Assembly (NCBI RefSeq): GCF_016433145.1
Contig: NC_058133.1
Span: 123,493,208-123,557,207, forward strand
DNA: 64,000 nt
Origin: Gracilinanus agilis
Taxonomy: Eukaryota
Direction of reading: 5' to 3'
The position numbers were made by a program, and so were the translations under genes. The notes beneath the pieces are model-generated. The model did no database searches. It had not been told where the DNA came from and saw nothing but the letters and a program-made list of their open reading frames with translations. Below, in pieces: positions 61,921 through 64,000 of this stretch (positions within the stretch are counted from its first letter, which is position 1; every line of letters starts with the position of its first letter).

Positions 61921-62919
61921 TAAATAACATCTTTCTCTTTCTCTCTCTCTCCAAATAGCTCAAAAAATTTTATGAGCATTACTATTACTGTCTCACATAT
62001 ATTGAGAGGCAACACTATCCTGGGCTCAGGACAGAATATAAAATTAAATGGCACAGAATGAACAGATGAGGCACATTAACATTCCAGAAAGGGGGGTTAT
62101 GTAGTGGACCACAGGGAACAGGACTATTTTTACTTGTCTTTAAATGTTCAGATGTACTATCTTTAAGAAAATTCCGCTCATCTTTTGGGTACATGATGGG
62201 ATTCAGGTAAGACTGAGCACAAGTGTACTTTCAGAAGACATTTGAATGAAGGCACACTTTTTGTGCAAAGTATGATCTTTCAGACATGAGTGGGAAAAAA
62301 ACATCAAAAAAGAAAGAAAGAAAAAAGAAAAACTGGGAGAAACACAATGGTGGTAGTTAATGATAATTGGTTTAGCTATAACTTTGAATTAATTGGAAAG
62401 TAGAGAGTTTCAAGGTATAGAGGTCATTGCAATAACAACAACAAAAAGAAGATGCAAACTATATTTAAAGAGGGAAAAAAGAGAAAGCTGCTTCCAGAAA
62501 ACCACATATAAGTATATTTAAGTCACTTTTTAAAGAAAGTTAAAGAATTTGACATGATGGTATTACTGTTGCCACCATCCAACATCTCCTCCTCTAATTT
62601 TACAACATTCTCCCCATTTATTATTTCCTTTCCAAGTTCATTTTCATTATCAATCAGTTCCTAAGACCAGTTCCTGTCTTCTTTGGTTTTAGCACCAGAA
62701 TCATAGCTTTCTTTTTCACACTTTCTCCTACCATCGTCCTTCATATCCTCAATGCTCTTTTTTAATGTCCCTTGTTGGATCTCATCCATGTTGTTCTCAC
62801 TAATTAGCATATCTCTCAAGGTCCATAGAAGTTTCTTTTCTCTTCTCCTTCTAAACTGTCTAACTTCCTCTCCTATTTATTCAATTATCAGTTATCTAAG
62901 CTAACCTCTCTCTTGGGCC

Positions 62920-63985
62920 ACAGTGACAAATCAGCAACTATTTAGTGGGTATTTTGAACTGAAGGTCCCATAGACAACTCAAAATATCTAAAACAGAAAT
63001 AATCATATTGTACTCAAAAGCCTTCTCTCTTCTGAACTTCCTTATTATTATGGAGGACAGTACCAACCTCCCAAATGCCTGGGCTCACAGCCTCATTATC
63101 ATCCTCAACTCTTCGTTTTTTTCATATCTTGTAATTTCTGCATTAATATTTTTGTCTCCTTCTTACCTCTCACACAGCTATCATCATAATGCATGTCCTC
63201 CTCACCTCTTGCCTGGAAATTTTTAGTAGGCTAACCTTCCTTTCTCAATGCTCTCTGTTTCAATTCATCCTCCACTCAGCTGCCAAAGTTATTTTTCAAA
63301 AGCACTAATCAAACTATGTCACTCATACCCCTACACATACTCGGTATACTCCAGTGACTTCCTCCTACCTCCAGGATCAAATATAAACATCTTTGTTTCA
63401 CATTTAAAGCCCTTCAACACCTAGCCCCTTCTGACCTTCTGGTTATCTTACACATTACTCCCTTCCATACAGTCTATATTCCAATCACATTACTAAATAT
63501 GTTCCTATGACATAAGTCCAAATTCCATGCAAGTACTCAGGCTCTCCCCTATACACATAATTCCTCCCTTCTTTCCTTATCTCCATGTCTTAGTTTCCTT
63601 AGTTTCCTTCAAGCCTCAGCTCAAATTCTCTTCCCTGAATAATCATTCCCCAATCCCAATGCTACTTGTATATTCCTTCAGATATTACATCCCCAAATCT
63701 CTCTGTATAGATTTTGTGTATACATGGATATTTATATCCTATTGCCCCATTAGAATATGGCAGGAAGTGTTCTTCATCTCTGTTTAATCCCCATCTTTTC
63801 TTAGCATGTAATTAACTCTTTCCCAATTTATCCTGGGTGTAGCTTATTTGTACATAATTGTTTGCATGCTGATTCCTCCAGTAGACTTTGATCTCAAGAG
63901 GAGAGACTTTAATCTTTCTTTTAATCCCTAGTGCTTGGCACGTAACTGTCTAGGTGCTTAATCAATATTTATTGACTGATTTTTG
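62920..63985 (+). mobile_element. L2 3' fragment
   Basis: Continuous L2 motifs through to the tail aatcaatatttattgactga. Confidence 0.75.
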
Positions 63986-64000
63986 ACTAGATGACACACT

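Noticed and set aside
39258-64000. USH2A exon 3
   Set aside because: I looked for the recalled KWIHLSVQ-encoding sequence and did not find it. The exon presumably lies beyond the window, though the 653-N gap cannot be excluded.
1-64000. tRNA genes, CpG island/promoter, CRISPR or prokaryotic systems
   Set aside because: tRNA-like A/B boxes occur only in SINE heads. The sequence is CpG-depleted throughout. No repeat-spacer arrays or operon-like structure.

Overview
Eukaryotic, AT-rich, repeat-dense mammalian DNA. The SINE, LINE and DNA-transposon content points to a marsupial, most likely a didelphid opossum such as Monodelphis; this is inferred from SINE1_Mdo-like and MAR1-like SINEs. The only gene I can support is USH2A (usherin) on the minus strand. 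Six consecutive coding exons are present (human exon numbers 4-9: 39125-39257, 25763-25826, 18855-19149, 16705-16889, 14784-15005, 11181-11274). All have AG/GT boundaries and splice into one open 993-nt (331-codon) frame covering the end of the LamG-like domain, the laminin N-terminal (LN) domain and the first laminin-EGF repeat. Exons 3 and 10 lie outside the window. The rest is intronic: L2, CR1/L3, L1 and RTE fragments, CORE-SINEs, hAT and Tigger-like MITEs, a U6 fragment, microsatellites, three N-gaps and a single N. I see no novel protein-coding system. The best leads are a cluster of palindromic homeodomain sites in intron 4, an inverted hAT-MITE pair bracketing exon 9, a tail-to-tail L2 fold-back, a TSD-flanked U6 fragment and a Thr-to-Pro change in exon 5. 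Repeat family names and human USH2A residues are from recall, not database searches, and repeat boundaries are approximate unless TSDs or TIRs are quoted.
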